A stretch of DNA of 32,000 nt, taken from contig NJBF01000014.1 in NCBI GenBank assembly GCA_003144275.1, positions 1 to 32,000 of the forward strand, read 5' to 3'. This document shows positions 27,452-32,000 of this stretch, one piece after another. This DNA is from Candidatus Heimdallarchaeota archaeon B3_Heim (GTDB taxonomy: Archaea; Asgardarchaeota; Heimdallarchaeia; Hodarchaeales; Hodarchaeaceae). The stretch's first letter is position 1, and every line of letters begins with the position of its first letter. The translations under genes and the position numbers were made by a program. A model generated the notes under the pieces. It did no database searches, was not told where the DNA came from, and was given only the letters and a program-made list of their open reading frames with translations.

Positions 27452-29284
27452 GTGGAAACTCCTACTTTACAAACTGATCTGGCAAAGTTACCTCATCGTC
27501 CAGGTGTGTATCTCATGTTGGATGAAACAGGGAAAGTTATCTATGTAGGAGCAGCTAAGGATTTAAAAAAGCGAGTAAGTTCGTATTTTCGTCGTGATAT
27601 TTCAGATATTAAAACACGTAAGTTAGTCGCTAATATCAAATCTTTTGATTATGAGATCCACGATTCAAAAGAAGCAGCATTCATACGTGAAAGAGACTTA
27701 ATTCGAATACACTTTCCTCGTTATAATATAGATTGGAAGGATGATAAAGATTATCCTCTTGTCCAAATTACAGTTTCATCAGAAACTGAAAGATTTAGTC
27801 GTCTTTTTATTGTGCGTAGTCCTTTAAATTCATATGATTGGTTTTTTGGGCGAAAAAAAGATGTTACAGCATTAAGATCTTCTATCCGAGTTCTTCGACG
27901 TATATTTCCAATTGCGAACAAAAGCTATTGTTTCAGAACTAAGAAACCTTGTTTGGATTATTCAATTAAGAGGTGTAGTGCGCCATGTGTCGAAAAAATT
28001 TCCCTTAATGAATATCAACAGATCGTTGATGAATTTATACTATTTCTTCAAGGGAAAAGAGAAGATCTCCTCGAAATTTTATATTCTGAAATGAATAATC
28101 AAGCAGACAAACTTGATTTTGAAGGGGCTGCTAAAACAAGGGATAGAATTTCACAAATAGAACGAACAGTCGCATCACAGAAGAGTTTAGCAATTCCAAG
28201 AGACAAAGATATCGTAATCCTCCTTTCAGAAGAAAATAATTACCTCTTACTTAATTTCTGGATACAAAACGGGGATATAATCAATATAGAGGAAAGAAAT
28301 TGGGGAATATTAAATTCTTTGTCCGAAGTGGAAATCGTTCGAAGTTACATTCAAAATTTCTACTTGGACTCGGATTTTATACCTCAAATCATAGAATCGT
28401 CTGTAAATTTAGGTGAAAATCAAGAAACTTTGGAAATCTGGCTCTCTAAAAGACAAGGAAAGACTGTTCAGATATCCTATAGGCCTGACATTCCTAAGAA
28501 TAGATTACTTGCACCAATAATCTTGAAAAACAGATTTAAACTTGGAGAACAGGTTCGAAAGGAGAAGAAAAAGCTAGAAATTAAAAATGTAGCTCTGAAA
28601 GAGCTGAAAGAACGATTAAATTTGAGTACTTTACCAAATAGGATTGAAACATATGATATTTCTAATCTTCAAGGTCAATTACCAGTCGGCTCTATGGTGG
28701 TGTTTTCAGAGGGCTTACCCCATAAGTCTCAATATCGAAAGTTTAAGATTAAATCTTTACCTTCTGAACCGAATGACGTTGCAATGATGCAAGAAGTATT
28801 ACTTCGCCGTCTAGAACATAGAGATAAGAAATTTGCTAAAGAATTGCCAGATTTGATTGTAATAGATGGAGGGAAACCACAAGTTAATGCAATTGGGAAA
28901 ATTATATCATCTTTAAAACTCGAATTACCCGTTATTGGCTTAGCAAAAAGAGAAGAAGAAGTTTTCCTTCCCCACAAAAAAACTGCGGTTCCTTTTCCTG
29001 ATGATAGCCCTGCATTAAGACTGTTAAAACAAACTCGTGATGAAGCTCATCGATTCGCGATTACCTATCACAAAAAACGGCGTGTACTTCAACAAAAATC
29101 AGGGTTGGATAATATTCCAGGAGTAGGTGCCAAACGTAGAAGGAATTTACTCACACATTTTGGAAGTATCGATAAAATAAGAAATGCAAGTGTTGAAGAG
29201 CTATGCCAGGTCGAAGGTATTAATAGATCAATAGGAGAAAAAATTTTCCTACATTTCAATTCTAATCCCAAAATGAATCACTGA
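27452..29284 (+). CDS. uvrC: Excinuclease ABC subunit C
   Basis: PGVYLM..IYVGAAKDLKKRVSSYF (GIY-YIG), CLDYSIKRCSAPC, UVR coil LDFEGAAKTRD, RIETYDISN and IVIDGGKPQ (RNase H-like), RDEAHRFA, LDNIPGVGAKRR (HhH2). Confidence 0.97.
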   Translation: METPTLQTDLAKLPHRPGVYLMLDETGKVIYVGAAKDLKKRVSSYFRRDISDIKTRKLVANIKSFDYEIHDSKEAAFIRERDLIRIHFPRYNIDWKDDKDYPLVQITVSSETERFSRLFIVRSPLNSYDWFFGRKKDVTALRSSIRVLRRIFPIANKSYCFRTKKPCLDYSIKRCSAPCVEKISLNEYQQIVDEFILFLQGKREDLLEILYSEMNNQADKLDFEGAAKTRDRISQIERTVASQKSLAIPRDKDIVILLSEENNYLLLNFWIQNGDIINIEERNWGILNSLSEVEIVRSYIQNFYLDSDFIPQIIESSVNLGENQETLEIWLSKRQGKTVQISYRPDIPKNRLLAPIILKNRFKLGEQVRKEKKKLEIKNVALKELKERLNLSTLPNRIETYDISNLQGQLPVGSMVVFSEGLPHKSQYRKFKIKSLPSEPNDVAMMQEVLLRRLEHRDKKFAKELPDLIVIDGGKPQVNAIGKIISSLKLELPVIGLAKREEEVFLPHKKTAVPFPDDSPALRLLKQTRDEAHRFAITYHKKRRVLQQKSGLDNIPGVGAKRRRNLLTHFGSIDKIRNASVEELCQVEGINRSIGEKIFLHFNSNPKMNH

Positions 29285-29301
29285 TAGACTTTTAGTTTAC
29301 G

Positions 29302-31902
29302 TTATTTAATAGAATCTAGTTCGGTGATTTCACCTCCAATTTGATTAACTGTCTCTTTTATCAGGGACAGAGTCATCTTGTTGCTCATCTTCTCTGGATT
29401 TTTAATTTGAATGGTAATTCCTAGCTGTAAACCCTCTAACTCCCTTTCCAATGGTTTGAGTATGCCTTTATTTACAGATTGGAGATCAATTAAACTCAGA
29501 TTTTTAAATCTAAATGATAATCCTTTAGGAGTTTTTTTACTAGATTTATCAACAATTCTGATGTCTGTATCAATTTTGTGTTCTTGCTTCCAACTTGGAA
29601 GTATTAAGCATTCATTTTCTGTGAAAGAGAGAGTATCGGGATTTTTACCTTGATGAGAGAAATTTGATTTTTGATATTGATCCGATGTGTCTTCAAATAA
29701 GAATAACCCTTCTTCAAAACCCTCAAGTATGGATCTTTGTAGTATCTGCATTTCTAACAGTTTAGGCATTTTGAGGTCTTTTAAGAACTGATCTAATAAA
29801 CTACGGGTTTCAATACTCTTTTCACTTGTCAAGAAATGTTCTTTAATATAATTAGGATTGATATCTGTTACAATTACTTCATTTTTAATAAGTTCTTGGA
29901 TTATCCAGTTGGCAAATGATCCTTTAGATTGTTTAGGAGAGATCAAGTGATATTGATGGGAAGTATCAGTAAATTCTAAGTAGAGTCGATTTAGAAGATA
30001 AACTACACTATTCTCTATTATTAATAGTCTTGAATTTAACGTTTGACGGTCTTCATTGAATTCTAACTCGTCCTTTCTATCCATAAGGATTCTTTTAATC
30101 GCAATTTTCTCCTGGATTATATCTATTAATCGTTCCAAATTAATTGCATTCGGTATACCGAATAAAATTGTATTCTGAAACTTTCGAAATTTTTCTCCTC
30201 TGAACTTTATCCAAGAGTCCAAATTTATTTTATGGAAATCTAGTGATAACACAACCAGTTTTAATTTTGTATCATCAGGGATTTCTTCTGAGGATTCAGG
30301 CCAAACAACAATTTTTATGGGATAGTCAGTTTTCTGTGCCCTAAATTTTTCTTTAATTTCATGTAGGGCATCATCTACAAATTTATGTTTTAATTCCTTA
30401 ATTATTTTATTCATATTTGGAGCTTCAGAAAGAATAAATCTATTACCTTTCTTATGAAGGAATTCTGACGTATGTATAAGAGAACCGAGCACTTCTGAGA
30501 CTAATACTATGTTTACTTCAGGTCTCCAAATAGCTAAATTGATTTCCTGATGTAAAGCTCCATAATTTTTGATTGAGTGAGGGATTGAATTAAGGAATAT
30601 TGCAGCAATAATGTCTCTTCCTAATTCTTCCCACTTATCCAAAGTCATAAGAGTCTGGGTTGGTTTTACAAACATATCTAGTTCGTGAATCAGAATTTCT
30701 GTGAATTCTGATGGAAGATGACGAAAAAATAGTAGATTCTGAGACGTTTTTGTGAAATTAATATCTGATTGATTAATAATCGAGATATTCCGTTGATCTA
30801 TTCTTAGTTCGTATAAGAGTTTAGCTAATATGCTTAAAATAGTTCTTGTACCTTGAAACGTTGATTGTTTATTCCATTTTTCAATTAGGATATCAATTAA
30901 TGCTGGATGAAAAGGGTATGCTTTTTCCATAAGAGAACGATAGGAATTTGTTGCAGTATTAACAGGAAAATCTTTCTTATTATCATAGTAAAACTGCGAA
31001 AATGTTTCAACAATTTGATTTAATGAATCTCTATCTAATACATCTTCTATCAGTTTCTTTTGGATAATTTGGTAAAGATCAGTTCTTTCTGATGGAATAG
31101 CCGAGGAGGCAAGCCGACCCAAAATTTGATCAATCTCTATGAGTAGTGGTTTATCATCACTATGGGTTGCTTGGTACTCTCTATCAGGGAGAGTTATGAT
31201 TAGAATCGATTTTTTAAGAGATCGCATACATTCGGTAAGTTCTTGCAGGAAAATAAGCGTTTGAAGTCCTAGATTAGAGTCATTAACTCGCACTCCTCTT
31301 GCTTTTGCCATGTATTCAGTAATTTCATCCAATAATATTACAATAGGTTCACATGATTGTAAAAGAGTAAAAAGACTTGCTTTACCAGGAGAAATACGTT
31401 TTTGGTCATTGTCTTGGACGATTTTATATCCTTCATTTCCTCTTACCTGATACGCAAGCTCTCCCCAAAGTGTGTATATATGGCTATCTGTCTCTTGACG
31501 CCCCTCTAAAGGGTTAAGATGAGTTCCAATAATTCTCACAGTTTTAGGATTGCACGAAAGGGTACTGACAGATATGTTCTGAGAAAAAAACCTCCGATTA
31601 GTCAAAAAATGGTGAATGGCAATTAAACTGTGTGTTTTTCCTCCACCAAACCGGGTTTGAACTCTGATTATACTGTTACCCTCACCTGTTGTTATTTTCC
31701 TCTGAATAGACTCGAGAAATTGAATTAAACCGCTTGTGAAATGAGTAGTTTTCACAAAAAGCTCTGGATCTCGATACATTAGATGGGCTACTCCCGTTAA
31801 GACATCTCCCAAATCCGCTACCAAAAGATCCTCTCGTTTCCCTAAGGATTCAATAAATTGATAAGGTTTAACAACTTTAAACCAAGGTTGCATAAATATC
31901 AT
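29302..31902 (-). CDS. DUF499-family AAA+ ATPase
   Basis: N-terminal PWFKVV..ADLGDV..YRDPELF..THFTSGL, Walker A QTRFGGGKTHSL, TLWGELAYQ, Walker B ILLDEI, AYPFHP, FQGTRTIL. Confidence 0.88.
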   Translation of the reverse strand: MIFMQPWFKVVKPYQFIESLGKREDLLVADLGDVLTGVAHLMYRDPELFVKTTHFTSGLIQFLESIQRKITTGEGNSIIRVQTRFGGGKTHSLIAIHHFLTNRRFFSQNISVSTLSCNPKTVRIIGTHLNPLEGRQETDSHIYTLWGELAYQVRGNEGYKIVQDNDQKRISPGKASLFTLLQSCEPIVILLDEITEYMAKARGVRVNDSNLGLQTLIFLQELTECMRSLKKSILIITLPDREYQATHSDDKPLLIEIDQILGRLASSAIPSERTDLYQIIQKKLIEDVLDRDSLNQIVETFSQFYYDNKKDFPVNTATNSYRSLMEKAYPFHPALIDILIEKWNKQSTFQGTRTILSILAKLLYELRIDQRNISIINQSDINFTKTSQNLLFFRHLPSEFTEILIHELDMFVKPTQTLMTLDKWEELGRDIIAAIFLNSIPHSIKNYGALHQEINLAIWRPEVNIVLVSEVLGSLIHTSEFLHKKGNRFILSEAPNMNKIIKELKHKFVDDALHEIKEKFRAQKTDYPIKIVVWPESSEEIPDDTKLKLVVLSLDFHKINLDSWIKFRGEKFRKFQNTILFGIPNAINLERLIDIIQEKIAIKRILMDRKDELEFNEDRQTLNSRLLIIENSVVYLLNRLYLEFTDTSHQYHLISPKQSKGSFANWIIQELIKNEVIVTDINPNYIKEHFLTSEKSIETRSLLDQFLKDLKMPKLLEMQILQRSILEGFEEGLFLFEDTSDQYQKSNFSHQGKNPDTLSFTENECLILPSWKQEHKIDTDIRIVDKSSKKTPKGLSFRFKNLSLIDLQSVNKGILKPLERELEGLQLGITIQIKNPEKMSNKMTLSLIKETVNQIGGEITELDSIK

Positions 31903-32000
31903 CTCAAATTTGATAGTCTAAAAGGGTTAGGAGGGGTATCCTCACTATCCAATAGCATTTGTTTATGTGCCTGAATACGAATCCTTTTTTTATGACTGGA
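31899..32000 (-). CDS. 3' end of an upstream gene translationally coupled to DUF499 (partial)
   Basis: The minus frame is open from 32000 (SSHKKRIRIQAHKQMLLDSEDTPPNPFRLSNLR*). Its TGA (31899-31901) overlaps the DUF499 ATG as ATGA. Confidence 0.45.
   Translation of the reverse strand, partial: SSHKKRIRIQAHKQMLLDSEDTPPNPFRLSNLR

Noticed and set aside
1-32000. CRISPR arrays, tRNA/rRNA genes, IS elements
   Set aside because: No spaced direct repeats, RNA-gene signatures, transposase or integrase motifs were seen; intergenic gaps are short.

Overview
AT-rich (roughly one-third GC, by eye) archaeal chromosomal segment, most likely from an Asgard archaeon. This is an inference from Topo VI, two stand-alone Ras-superfamily GTPases, a ubiquitin-like domain, and bacterial-type gyrase and UvrBC. 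The core is a tightly coupled + strand operon, gyrB-gyrA-top6B-top6A-(kinase-like ORF), preceded by a coiled-coil protein and a metallophosphoesterase. Both Topo VI subunits are abnormal. Top6B is 2319 aa: a complete ~570-aa Top6B followed by ~1750 aa of about 25-28 tandem helix-hairpin-helix-like repeats. Top6A carries an N-terminal ~85-aa segment that patterns like a ubiquitin/beta-grasp fold. Downstream lie a Rab-like GTPase, an unannotated 46-aa Zn-finger ORF, a class I/II aminotransferase, an ArsR-type wHTH regulator with a palindromic operator, an ArsB/NhaD-type permease, lpdA, uvrB, a second (Arf-like) GTPase, uvrC and a DUF499 AAA+ ATPase coupled to a gene outside the window. The first ~370 bp look like a phage portal gene fragment joined to a truncated RCK-domain membrane gene. 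All domain calls are by motif recognition; no searches were run.
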